IMG/VR virus record: IMGVR_UViG_3300024999_000075 | Coordinates: 1 to 64,000 of that record | Length of the DNA stretch: 64,000 bases | Direction: 5' to 3' (one strand) | From: a virus | Shown: positions 8,549-18,773 of the stretch, piece by piece | Layout: each line of letters starts with the position of its first letter | How positions within the stretch are numbered: the stretch's first letter is position 1 | Translations under genes and position numbers: made by a program | Notes under the pieces: generated by a model | What the model saw: the letters and a program-made list of their open reading frames with translations, nothing else | What the model was told of the DNA's origin: nothing | The model's database searches: none

Positions 8549-8755
8549 TTTACACGTTTAGTTTATCCATTCCAAGAAAGATGATAACCGTACCTGCGAC
8601 CTGTACTAGCAAAGCGTTGACTATTAACAAGGTTTTCTTTCACTCTTATGTAACCGATAAACCGTAAAGAGTAACATTCACCTATAGACAGCAAGACAGG
8701 AGACTAATAGTTGGTTATCCAAGGAAGAGAGATACTTTGCAGAGGGGCAAAGACC

Positions 8756-8770
8756 GTTATCAAAGAGCAA
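8756..8770 (-). promoter_or_regulatory. boxA antitermination element
   Basis: TTGCTCTTTGATAAC resembles rrn/lambda boxA (TGCTCTTTAACA); followed by CTTTGC-CCCTCT-GCAAAG hairpin. Confidence 0.6.
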
Positions 8771-8859
8771 GAACTACAACCTCGGATATACACGATAGTA
8801 ACATACCATGCAACAACTATCTGAGCGCCTAGCCTATGGTGGCCAGGTACAATAGTATA

Positions 8860-8875
8860 TGCAAGGTGTATGCCA
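8860..8875 (-). promoter_or_regulatory. Sigma54-type -24/-12 promoter
   Basis: TGGCATACACCTTGCA with exact GG-N10-GC spacing; IHF-like TAACAACTACTTA at 8903-8915. Confidence 0.65.
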
Positions 8876-9582
8876 AGGTAACATACCTAATAATACTAAC
8901 AGTAACAACTACTTACATGTACACTATCTATATGTCAGGCTACTGTAGTGTGTCATATACAACACACTACACCACAACAACATAATAATAACATACACTT
9001 ATATACTGTGTCAATAAGTACACACTGTGTGATATACAACACACTACATGGTACATGGTATACCCAGCTAACAACACTACACTGTAGTACCATACACGTA
9101 ACACCATACCATACAATCGTATGCATAGAGTAACACGTATCACATAACAAGTGTTACATAGCCTAGCATAGTGGAGTACACCACTACTGATATCATCAAT
9201 ATGTATGTAGTGTATTGATGATATACGCAATATAACATAGTGGTTATTGATGATATCAACAGCCACAAAGTAGTACTTTAATGATATGAGTGTTATGCTT
9301 ATGAAGGTACAGGGTATGTCGTGCGGCGTGTGGCGGTGCCTTTATGCAACTTTATGGGGTCAAGGTATAAAGAAAAGTGTTATACTAGGCGTATACCGAT
9401 GCGTTGACGTTGACGTAAAGGCGGGGTACTAGATGCACCCTCTATACAGAGGACAAAATCTTAAAATAATATTAGTCCTTATAGTTACTTTTCTCTTGGT
9501 TAATATCAAAATTTATACTACAGTCAAGAAAATTGAACTTAAGGAAAATAACTTACCTCATAAACTCAAGAAGGAGAGCGCC

Positions 9583-9894
9583 ATGATACAAGTAAACAAG
9601 CATTTTGAATTATTAGGACAAAGAGTACAAGACAAGGTTACTAGACTCATAGGAATAGTAGATTGTCTTAGCTTTGATCTATATGGCTGTATTCAAGTAG
9701 CCATAAATCCAGGATTAGATGAGAATGGGACAATAAGAAACTCTGGTTGGTATGACATTAATAGACTTGAAATACTTGACACAACTCCAGTAATGAACAG
9801 ACCGGACTTTGAATATGGTAGGCAAGCAGAAGGAAAACAAGGCCCGGCTAACAAACCAGGACCAGCTAACAAACCAATAAGAACAAGGTATTGA
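9583..9894 (+). CDS. Conserved phage hypothetical protein
   Basis: AAGGAG RBS before MIQVNK; LGQRVQDKVT...LYGCIQ...WYDINRL pattern. Confidence 0.75.
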   Translation: MIQVNKHFELLGQRVQDKVTRLIGIVDCLSFDLYGCIQVAINPGLDENGTIRNSGWYDINRLEILDTTPVMNRPDFEYGRQAEGKQGPANKPGPANKPIRTRY

Positions 9895-9898
9895 GAAT

Positions 9899-11554
9899 AT
9901 GTCCTACACAGTGCTAAACAACGAAGACCTAAAAACTATGTGTGACAAAGACCCAACAATGAAACAACACCTTGAATACCTGCTCAGTAGATACAACTGC
10001 CATCGACTGAACACAGGGAAGACTCCCAACAAAAAATACACAGTAATGAACTGGGAAGTGAAGAATGAGCCAACCATTTGAAGATGCCATTCGTAAGTGT
10101 ATAAAAATAGACAACGAAAATTTCTACATAACAGTGGGAAAGAAATTCGTAACTATTACTATCCCACACGAGAACCGTAAGGAACATGAAAAGCTTAGAC
10201 AAACTGTTGACAGCATCTGTGACGCAATAACCCAAGCCTTAGGAGAACTAAAATGTTAACAGCACTACAGAAGTTAGAAGACATTGCCAAAGAAGACTGT
10301 ACCTGTACTGTAGAATACGTGTGTAACTCCTGTAAAGCAGGTTACTTCCTCAACGACACAGAGAAAACAGCATATCAACTATTAGAGGCACTGACAGAAG
10401 AATGATTTACATAACACCAACAATAGGTCAGCCTGGGTATACTCCAGAGATAACACTCTGTCACTTCTGCCATAAGCCTATTACACAAGGCATATCAGAC
10501 GACTTTAAGGTAACAACCTACAAGCCGAAGATATGCCTTGACTGTGCTATGGAAATACAATGCACGATGCATCTTGAAAACGGAGGTTTTTGGTGAGCTT
10601 ACCTGAGCAAGTAGGAATATTCATACTACTTGTAACTGCCATTTCTTATGGCGTTGAGTTTGTTAACTATATCTACAAAGCAGGATACCTCCAAACTCTT
10701 CTATCAATCATAATTGGGGCCTCAGCTGGCTGGCTGCTGGCCCCATACATATTCAGGATACTCAATGGCTAACATAGATAGGATAGAGTTTTACTGCGAC
10801 AATGAGATGATAGCTTATGTAAATTCCTCCATGATACCTAAAATAGGATATTACATAAATGTCAGAGATATAAAATATAGGATAGGTGAAATTTCATTCG
10901 TTTTTAACTATGCTGACTGTAAGTTAAACAAAGGAATGAAATGCCACGTGAATTTAACACGGGAAGAAAATGTCTAGATACGCAGGAGTCAAAACAAGGT
11001 ACGAAGTTGAAAAACAGATAATAGAAAGATTCGCTGAGGGTCTCATAACAAGAGATCTCACTTTAATACAAGAGGCAGCAGCTAACGCTGAGGACAGGCT
11101 AGCAGGAGTATGCTTCTGCTCAGCCTATGATGAAAGTGAATGTGTTTGTGGGGCGTGGGAGAAATGATATGCCAAGAGTCAAAGACCTAAAGCCTTTCTA
11201 CCGCAACAAAATTTGGTTGGCAAGACTTGCTTGTTTCTTTTGCCTGTTATTCCAGCCCATCATAATTATAACATTCATATTATTCGAGCTGGGTAGTGAA
11301 ATGAAGTGTATTGCCATAGAGCTGACACAAGATATGTTCGATGGAGTCTTTGGGAGGTATGAATGAATTCATGTTGTTGTTCACTACCTAGAGAATGTTG
11401 TAAGAATTGTTCAAATAATTATCAATACAACACTCACGATATAACTCTGCCTGTAAATCAAGAAATTGATAAACTTATAGAGGACTGGTTAGATAGAAAC
11501 TTTAAGTATACTGCTGAAGCAATATGGAGGAAGGAGTTAAGTGAAACCCTCTAA
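9899..11554 (+). CDS. Run of about 9 short hypothetical ORFs (9899, 10065, ~10254, 10402, 10590, 10765, 10970, 11169, 11363)
   Basis: Tightly packed or overlapping co-oriented ORFs, several Cys-rich or hydrophobic; functions not recognisable. Confidence 0.55.
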
Positions 11555-11727
11555 AGTCATCTGCGTCTGTGCGTTCGCTAAAGAGAAATGTGAAATAGCT
11601 TGCCCAAGAGGTAGAAAGTTAAAGCCAGTCGCTGTATATAACTGGCCTAAATGGCGCTATAGCAATAGACAGCATAATGTACATAACCCAGCAGTATGGA
11701 AAGTATAATAACCAGTAAAGGCATGAA

Positions 11728-11931
11728 ATGAAAAGAGCACCAACACTGATCAAGACCAAACACAAACAGCAGGACATTGCTGAAAAGCTGGGAATTTCTC
11801 AGCCAACCATCTCCAACTGGCTGAAAAAGAACTCTCGACCTACGGGCTTAGCTAAGCGAGCCTTGGAAGAACATTTCCCGGAGCTGGCAGAAGAGATCGA
11901 GGCAGCATGGACAAATAACAAGGAGAGCTGA
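11728..11931 (+). CDS. XRE-family HTH protein
   Basis: KQQDIAEKLGISQPTISNWL. Confidence 0.85.
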   Translation: MKRAPTLIKTKHKQQDIAEKLGISQPTISNWLKKNSRPTGLAKRALEEHFPELAEEIEAAWTNNKES

Positions 11932-11932
11932 G

Positions 11933-12136
11933 ATGAATATAAATACGAACCACTTAGTAGAGGCTGTAATAGGACTAGATGATTATGAACCTGTTCCGGA
12001 AAACCTCAACAGAGCAGCAAAGAGAAAGTTGAATGGCAGGAAAGAGGCAGTAGTATCAATGATTTCTGGAGGCAAACTCTCTAAGTGGGCTAGAAGAAGG
12101 CGCAAGGAAATTAAGGCAGAAGCATGGAAGAGTTAA
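11933..12136 (+). CDS. Hypothetical basic protein
   Basis: AAGGAG RBS. Confidence 0.65.
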   Translation: MNINTNHLVEAVIGLDDYEPVPENLNRAAKRKLNGRKEAVVSMISGGKLSKWARRRRKEIKAEAWKS

Positions 12137-12429
12137 TCGACACTAGGATCTCCGTTTCCAAGGAGCTGAAAGAGCATTACGACAAGATTATTGAGCGAAG
12201 AGATGCAATCCTTGGCGACCAAAACTCTGAGAACAAGGATCTCATTGGAATTCTCAATGCAACAACCACAATCATCAAAGAATTGTCCAAGATCCAGCAG
12301 GAATTGTATAATTCAGAGAAGTTTGCGATATTACAACAGATAATTGTGAATGTTTTGAAAGAATGTGATCAAGAAGTGGCTGATAAGGTGGTGAAAGCCT
12401 TAGAGAGGCGATATGAAGCAACTCTTTGA
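12124..12429 (+). CDS. Probable terminase small subunit
   Basis: Helical 101-aa ORF overlapping large terminase start; positional inference. Confidence 0.55.
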   Translation: MEELIDTRISVSKELKEHYDKIIERRDAILGDQNSENKDLIGILNATTTIIKELSKIQQELYNSEKFAILQQIIVNVLKECDQEVADKVVKALERRYEATL

Positions 12430-14125
12430 AAGCTTTTTGATCTCATTGAAGGCACAGTTGTCAGCTGACAGCTTGGATTACGCTAAGTTCATGACGGAAG
12501 AGACCTTCATTAATGGGAAACCGTTCTCATTTGAGGGTCACGATTTTCAACGCTATTGTACGGACTTAGTTCAAAACAATCCTGGTTGTACTTTCGTTAT
12601 AATAAAGCCATCCCAAATAGGAATGAGTGAGTGGGTTTATAGAATTATTCTCACTAAGATGGGAGTAATAGCAGGAAGTTCTGTTGTTCTCTCAATGCCT
12701 AGTTTACAAATGTCTAACGAAGTATTCAAAACAAGGGTAGCTAATGTTATACAAGAATCTCCTAAGTTAAGAGGACTACTTGATAAAGATGTTGATTCAG
12801 CATCAGTCAAAAGATTTGTAAATGGCAGCATAGCCTACAGCCTTTCAGGGTCTGAAAACTCAAAATCATCTCTGCTAAATAGACCGATTTCGACCATCGT
12901 AGTTGACGAAGTTGACAGGCAATCGCGAAAAGTTTATACTGGCTATCGCTCCAGGCAGACACACATAAACCCGAGGGATAGATGCACTATTCTCATATCA
13001 ACCCCCACAGTGGCAGACTTTGGTATAGACAGAGAAATAAAGGAATGTGGAATTATTCATGAGCCGCTGGTAGTCTGCCGTTGTTGTGGTAACATTTTCC
13101 TTCCAGACTATTATGAAGATATTGTCATCCCAGATTATAAAGAATCACTGTTGCTCATAACCAAATCCACAATATCTGGACTCAGAGTTGACGATGCTTA
13201 CTTGCGTTGCCCTGAATGTAAGGAAAACGCTGATCAGGATGAAAGACAGATAAAGTGGGTTGTTACAAGAAATGAACAATTCCCAGCTACAACAATAGGA
13301 GTAAGACTAAATCCTTGGGTTGCTCACTCCTTCATCAAACTACCAGACCTTATTAGAGCATCTGTAACATTCACATCCTATACCGAGTTCCTTCAGCAGG
13401 CCCTTGGAAAGACAGCACTTCTTAGTGATTCAGCTTTAGATAGATCTGTTTTTACCTTTAGTAGTGAACAAAAGCCAGAAGGAGTCCATATTTTTGGTCT
13501 AGATATGGGAAAACAATGTAGTTGGATGCAAGGAGTATTAAAGCACGACACCACTGTAAGGATTACCGAGTCAAAATTAGTACCCCTGAATGAGCTGGAA
13601 GAATTTCTTGAGCAGAAACATAAAGATTTTGCCTTCTCTTGTGGGGTGATGGATCAGCAGCCTTTCGCTGACATGTCCTATAGGTTGGTAAGAAAATACC
13701 CTAGGTTATACAGTTGCATTTATATCAACCCAACAACTCCCATCCCAGAACTTTACAAGATCAAGCAGAACGATAAATTTGGGGAATTAATTCGGCAAGT
13801 TGCTTTGAATAAGACCCTTGGATTTGATACTTTTTTTGGTATGCTTAATCATCAAGTAAGCTTCCAGACATCTGAATTAGATGGGACCATTCTTATGCAC
13901 TTCCTTTCCCTCAGAAAAGTTAGGGATTATACCAGGGGAGATGAAATCAATTATGCCTGGGTAAAAACAAGCCGAGAAGATCACTTCGCTCATTCTTATA
14001 TCTACCTCATGACAGCGGCTAAGTTGGCTATATCAGGTACTAATAGTACATTTGGAGCTATCCCTATTTGTATTGGGAAGATGAATGTGGAATTTCGGAG
14101 GCAACAGTTAAGAAAAAGAGCTTAA
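12413..14125 (+). CDS. terL: Terminase large subunit, lambda GpA-like
   Basis: IKPSQIGMSE Walker A, VVDEVDR Walker B, ISTPT, CxxC zinc motifs, GLDMG nuclease, DHFAHS. Confidence 0.92.
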   Translation: MKQLFESFLISLKAQLSADSLDYAKFMTEETFINGKPFSFEGHDFQRYCTDLVQNNPGCTFVIIKPSQIGMSEWVYRIILTKMGVIAGSSVVLSMPSLQMSNEVFKTRVANVIQESPKLRGLLDKDVDSASVKRFVNGSIAYSLSGSENSKSSLLNRPISTIVVDEVDRQSRKVYTGYRSRQTHINPRDRCTILISTPTVADFGIDREIKECGIIHEPLVVCRCCGNIFLPDYYEDIVIPDYKESLLLITKSTISGLRVDDAYLRCPECKENADQDERQIKWVVTRNEQFPATTIGVRLNPWVAHSFIKLPDLIRASVTFTSYTEFLQQALGKTALLSDSALDRSVFTFSSEQKPEGVHIFGLDMGKQCSWMQGVLKHDTTVRITESKLVPLNELEEFLEQKHKDFAFSCGVMDQQPFADMSYRLVRKYPRLYSCIYINPTTPIPELYKIKQNDKFGELIRQVALNKTLGFDTFFGMLNHQVSFQTSELDGTILMHFLSLRKVRDYTRGDEINYAWVKTSREDHFAHSYIYLMTAAKLAISGTNSTFGAIPICIGKMNVEFRRQQLRKRA

Positions 14126-14140
14126 TAAGATCTTCTTCCT

Positions 14141-15262
14141 TTATAAGCGACAGCTTGCTTCCAGCTCTGTATGGCAGTAGGCACAGAGTAGTAGGTGGCC
14201 TGCTGAGGAAACGGCGTCTTTGCTTCCTACAGGTTGAGTGTGATGAAGCTCTACATCAATTATATCCCCACATTTTTCACACCAATTGTGCCCTCTTTCA
14301 TCGCACTGTAACTGCTTGAGGTGGTCAGTTTGACAAGCTCTGTCTTCTTCTCTTTCTGATTTTGGTGTGTAGAGTTTGGATCTTGAGTCTATCTGTTTCT
14401 CTGGATGAAAGCCATGTAATGGGCAAGCATTCCTACATAAATCAGAGCAATAGAAATTGCACTCTCCAGGGCCTCTGCCTTCTACAGCTGCTATTCTGTT
14501 AATTACAAAAGTTCTGAGTGGAGCAAACCTTTTACCACATAACCTACAAACTACAGTAATGACCCCATCTATTACTTCAGCTTCATCTTCTGGAATTAGT
14601 CTATCAAGATGAGATAGAGTAGTATCTAGGGAGCGCAAGTATTCTCTGTGGTGTGCGTTAAGTCTATCCCTATTTCTATCTCGATAGTTCCTGTCTGTAG
14701 TACTCTTTTTATCTTTGTTGTTATCTCTATACTCTTTACTTTTAACGCTTATCACATCTTTATTTTCTATGTAGTATCTCTTGTTACCTTCTTTTATTTT
14801 ATCTTTGTTATTAGCAGAGTATACTTTTATATATTCCGCCCTGATATTTTTCTTGGCTGCTGCCTTTTCAGATATCTTTTTCTTGTTATCATCATAATAA
14901 CTTGAGCTATACTCTTGCTCACATATCTTACACCTAGCTCTTCTTCCATCCGGTGTTTTGTTAAATAGGCTAAATTCTTCCTTGCTCTTCTCTTCGCCAC
15001 ATTGCGTACATGTTCTAGTTGGTTTATTTCTCAGTTCCTCCTTGTATGCCTCTGATCTTTTCCACTCCCACTCCCCACCACAAGAAACGTTAGACTTTAA
15101 AAAATTACTGGATTTAACTACTGTTTGTTTCTTACAGTGATTTTCGCCACAGTTACAATCACATAGCCAGAATGTACCTTGACTAATATTGGTTGGTCTT
15201 TCAACACGTTTAACGGCAGTCAAGGAACCATAAGTTTTACCAGAGTGATCTTTTTGCTTCAC
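14141..15262 (-). CDS. HNH-type homing endonuclease with zinc ribbons
   Basis: GKTYGSLTAV...WLCDCNCG N-terminus, CxxC motifs, CEKCG...ELHHTQPV...LLLCAYCH. Confidence 0.75.
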   Translation of the reverse strand: MKQKDHSGKTYGSLTAVKRVERPTNISQGTFWLCDCNCGENHCKKQTVVKSSNFLKSNVSCGGEWEWKRSEAYKEELRNKPTRTCTQCGEEKSKEEFSLFNKTPDGRRARCKICEQEYSSSYYDDNKKKISEKAAAKKNIRAEYIKVYSANNKDKIKEGNKRYYIENKDVISVKSKEYRDNNKDKKSTTDRNYRDRNRDRLNAHHREYLRSLDTTLSHLDRLIPEDEAEVIDGVITVVCRLCGKRFAPLRTFVINRIAAVEGRGPGECNFYCSDLCRNACPLHGFHPEKQIDSRSKLYTPKSEREEDRACQTDHLKQLQCDERGHNWCEKCGDIIDVELHHTQPVGSKDAVSSAGHLLLCAYCHTELEASCRL

Positions 15263-15391
15263 AGTTATTACCTCAGTATTGTTGGATTAGTTAAATTCAG
15301 TGATTCATGGTTTGATTATACTATAGTTGTTATAGCTGTGCAATTAAATACTTTTGAATTGACTTAGGCTATACTAATATATTAAGCTAGC

Positions 15392-16864
15392 ATGATGAAT
15401 ATATTCTCGAAATGGTTCCTCAAACCTAAAGCAGCTACGCTACCACCGCTACCCGCCCCCAAAGTTCCGTCCTCTAAGGGTGTAACATACCCATATCTGG
15501 GGAAAACAAAAGGAAGTAAGCTGCCGAATTCAGCGACAAATACTACTAATTTGTCGCTGAATGATTACGTCCGTAATGAAGCTACCATTAATCAGGTAAT
15601 AAAAAAACTTGTACTTACTAGCCCGGACCTCTCGAACACAATAGAGACTAAGCTCCGCACTGCGGTATCAAGTTCATGTACTGTTATAGCTTATGATGAG
15701 GATGGGATTGTTAGTGAAGAAGGTACGAGAGCTGCCAATGCTTTCATAATGCGCTTGAACTACAGTTCACCCGATTACACCCACTACACCTCCACTACAG
15801 ATATTCGATCCCTTGCTACTAGCTGTCTTTTTGATATATTAGTCTATGGGGCTGGAAGTTTAGAGCTGGTTTTAGGTTCAACAAGATTTCCTGCTTTCTT
15901 CAGATCCCTGCCAACGAGACTGATTACATGGGGTGATGCCACGCCAAGGACGTTTCCAATCTATAAAGATCCAGTAAAAGGTGACATTTCTCTTGATTAC
16001 CCCACTATTTTTTACATAGCAAGTCAAGACAATAATGAATCTCCCTATGCTGACAGCCCCCTGACAGCAGCTATACAAGCATGTCTTTTCGATGCTGCCT
16101 TCCTGGATGACTTGCGTAGAGCAGCAACCCGTTCAATATTTCAGCGCCTGCTTGTCACAATTAACAGTGACAAATACATGACTACGCTTCCGTTAGAGGT
16201 GCAGACTAACAAGGATTTGCTGAAAAGTCACATGGATGCTACCATCGCAGCATTAGAAAGCCAGATGGCTAATTTAGATCCTGGGGACTCAATCGTGGTG
16301 TTCGATACACTGACCCCTTCGACAATCCAGGATGCCAACAGATCTGAAGACCGAAGTATCCAAGTGCTGAATGATCTTATTGCTGGGAAGATAGCGTCAG
16401 GTGCCAAGATCCTTCCCGCCATAATCGGCAGAGGAGAATCAAGTAACAGTGCCTCAACAGAGTCAATGTTGTTCTTGAAAGCGATTTCAAGTGTGCAGCA
16501 GGAATGGAACATGCTGTTCTCCAGAGCCTTGACCCTTGCAGTACGCTTGATGGGACATGACGTTAACGTCAGCTACCAGATGGAGGAAGTTAATCTCCGG
16601 CCTTCTCTTGAATTAGAATCCTTTAGATCACAAAAGCAGGCGAGATTACTCGAACTTTTGAGTCATGGCCTCAACGATGACATCTCCACTTGCATCCAGC
16701 TCACAGGTTCCTTACCCCCAAAAGGTTACGTCCCACTCTCAGGAACAGGCTTCTACAAAAAAGCCGCCGACACCTCCACAGGCAACGATTACAGCAATAC
16801 CTCAGTAGACACCACCAGTGGTAAGACAGACTCAACCCAATCCCAGAAGGACCAAAAGAAATGA
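15392..16864 (+). CDS. Portal protein
   Basis: 490 aa between terminase and protease; ESPYADSPL, ILPAIIGRG. Confidence 0.8.
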   Translation: MMNIFSKWFLKPKAATLPPLPAPKVPSSKGVTYPYLGKTKGSKLPNSATNTTNLSLNDYVRNEATINQVIKKLVLTSPDLSNTIETKLRTAVSSSCTVIAYDEDGIVSEEGTRAANAFIMRLNYSSPDYTHYTSTTDIRSLATSCLFDILVYGAGSLELVLGSTRFPAFFRSLPTRLITWGDATPRTFPIYKDPVKGDISLDYPTIFYIASQDNNESPYADSPLTAAIQACLFDAAFLDDLRRAATRSIFQRLLVTINSDKYMTTLPLEVQTNKDLLKSHMDATIAALESQMANLDPGDSIVVFDTLTPSTIQDANRSEDRSIQVLNDLIAGKIASGAKILPAIIGRGESSNSASTESMLFLKAISSVQQEWNMLFSRALTLAVRLMGHDVNVSYQMEEVNLRPSLELESFRSQKQARLLELLSHGLNDDISTCIQLTGSLPPKGYVPLSGTGFYKKAADTSTGNDYSNTSVDTTSGKTDSTQSQKDQKK

Positions 16865-17706
16865 GCGATTACGAGATCTTAGCCATCTCCCCTTCTGCGG
16901 AAGAAAGATACTTTGAAATCCAAGCAAAACTCATGTCCCTGACTCCAGAGATGATAAGTCAGGAGAAAGAGGAAGAACAATCCTACTTACTGGCAATCAA
17001 TGAGGGTGTGGCTGTTATCGACGTTTCAGGAGTCCTGACTAACACCAATTCTTACTGGAACAGATACTTCGGCGCTGTCTCCTACCCGGAAATCAAAGAA
17101 GCCTCCCAACAGGCAGTTGAGCAGGGTGTTGGATGTATTGTTTATCATTATGGTACTCCTGGTGGATCAGTCCGTGGAATGTATGACTGTGCTAATTTTA
17201 TCTCATCCCTCAAAATCTCAACTATATCTTTCACTGGATCTATGATGTGTTCTGCTGGCCTGTTCCTCGGGATACAAAGTAATCACGTATATGCTGATGC
17301 CTTTGCTGAGGTTGGTTCCGTGGGCGTAATTATGAAACTTTATGATAGATCTAAGTATCTCAAGGACTTAGGTATCAAACCAGAACGTTTCCGCTCTGGC
17401 GATCTCAAAGCCTCCGGCGATCCTGACTTTGCCCTGACCGACAAAGAGCGGGAACACATCAAGGAGCAGGTTATGACTTACGCTAGTAAGTTCTATGGCA
17501 TAGTCTCAGATGCTCGTGGGATTCCGCTGCCAGTCATGGAAAAATCTGGAATAACTTCAGGGAGAACCTTCATTGGGGAGCAGGCTTTGAAGGTCAATCT
17601 AGTTGATGGGATGAAATCATTTGATCAGGTAGTCCTAAAAGCTTATGGCTTGGCTAAAAATTACCTTGACAAGAATAGGCAGAGCAGTCTAAGCTATGTG
17701 AAATAA
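16861..17706 (+). CDS. S49-family prohead protease
   Basis: GTPGGSV, MMCSAG, VGSVGV. Confidence 0.9.
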   Translation: MSDYEILAISPSAEERYFEIQAKLMSLTPEMISQEKEEEQSYLLAINEGVAVIDVSGVLTNTNSYWNRYFGAVSYPEIKEASQQAVEQGVGCIVYHYGTPGGSVRGMYDCANFISSLKISTISFTGSMMCSAGLFLGIQSNHVYADAFAEVGSVGVIMKLYDRSKYLKDLGIKPERFRSGDLKASGDPDFALTDKEREHIKEQVMTYASKFYGIVSDARGIPLPVMEKSGITSGRTFIGEQALKVNLVDGMKSFDQVVLKAYGLAKNYLDKNRQSSLSYVK

Positions 17707-17729
17707 TTTTAACTTTGGAGTGTTATACT

Positions 17730-18275
17730 ATGAAAAAGAAGATCCTGTCTGAAGCTGCTTTGCAGGCTATGATGGCTACTGGTGATGAGCCCGTAGTACA
17801 GCCTACAGCTGAAGAGTTGGCTGAATTGGAAGCAAAGAAGGCTGAAGCAGATAAACTGGAAGCTGAAGCTGCTGCCAAGAAAGCCGAAAAGAAAGATGAT
17901 TGCGACTGTGATTGTGAGGAAGAGACTGCCAAAGCCATCCTTGAGCTTGAAGCTTCTCAGGCTGTCAACGCTGATCTCACCGCCAAACTCGCTGAAGCTG
18001 AAGCCAAGGCCACCCAGATTGAAGTTGGGGCTGAGGCTCTGAAGACCATTGTTGCCGGTCAGGTTTCTAAGATGCGGATTGGTCTGCGCTTTGCTGCGGT
18101 CGATATGAGTAAGTTCAGTATTGATGCTCTGGTTACTGAGTATGAGAATACTGCTGAAGCCTTCATGAAGGCGCTACCTGTGGGTTCTGTTGTGCCGGAG
18201 CCTAAAGTGGAGAAGCAGTCAGCTATTCAATCAAGCCACGATGCCGGAAGTTTTAAGGCACTGGGTTTCAAATAA
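17730..18275 (+). CDS. Probable scaffold protein
   Basis: Ala/Glu/Lys-rich coiled coil between protease and capsid genes. Confidence 0.65.
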   Translation: MKKKILSEAALQAMMATGDEPVVQPTAEELAELEAKKAEADKLEAEAAAKKAEKKDDCDCDCEEETAKAILELEASQAVNADLTAKLAEAEAKATQIEVGAEALKTIVAGQVSKMRIGLRFAAVDMSKFSIDALVTEYENTAEAFMKALPVGSVVPEPKVEKQSAIQSSHDAGSFKALGFK

Positions 18276-18328
18276 AATCAAAGGGCCAAAGGAACCCATT
18301 CCAGTAACTCTGGATAAACCTTAATACT

Positions 18329-18754
18329 ATGGCAAAATTTACTTGCTCTGTGAACGTAGGCGAGAACGTCTACAGAACTTACAAGATGGCTGCTGGAATT
18401 TTAGATGGGGATATCGGAAAGCCGGTAACATACCCTGCGGCCACTGATGTTGTTGCCCTTGCTGCTGACGGGGAACAGATTTACGGTTTTATTGCAGCCG
18501 TGGAATCAGCCACAGCTGATGGCCTTAAGCTTGTTTCTATTCTTGTTTCTGGTCGTGCGTGGGTTATTTTGAGTGGTGCATCTGCTGTTGGAACTTTGGT
18601 AGAAGCTGCTGCTAATACGGCTGCTGGCACTGCTAAGGCTGGAGCCTTCGGTCTTGTATCTACTCACACCCTCATTGCTGGAACCATGAAGCAATGGATG
18701 GTTATCTCTGGAACTGGTGCGGATACTGCCACGGTTCTCATTGAAAGTTTATAA
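18329..18754 (+). CDS. Head decoration/cement protein
   Basis: DGDIGKPV...DGEQIYGFI; directly before major capsid. Confidence 0.65.
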   Translation: MAKFTCSVNVGENVYRTYKMAAGILDGDIGKPVTYPAATDVVALAADGEQIYGFIAAVESATADGLKLVSILVSGRAWVILSGASAVGTLVEAAANTAAGTAKAGAFGLVSTHTLIAGTMKQWMVISGTGADTATVLIESL

Positions 18755-18773
18755 TTAAGGAGAACTAAATAAA

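Noticed and set aside
8948-9266. Three overlapping ORFs in the AC-rich block
   Set aside because: Low-complexity translations without RBS; likely non-coding
9310-9345. Specific cos site in the GC-rich tract
   Set aside because: No match to a cos sequence I know; cannot be placed without reads
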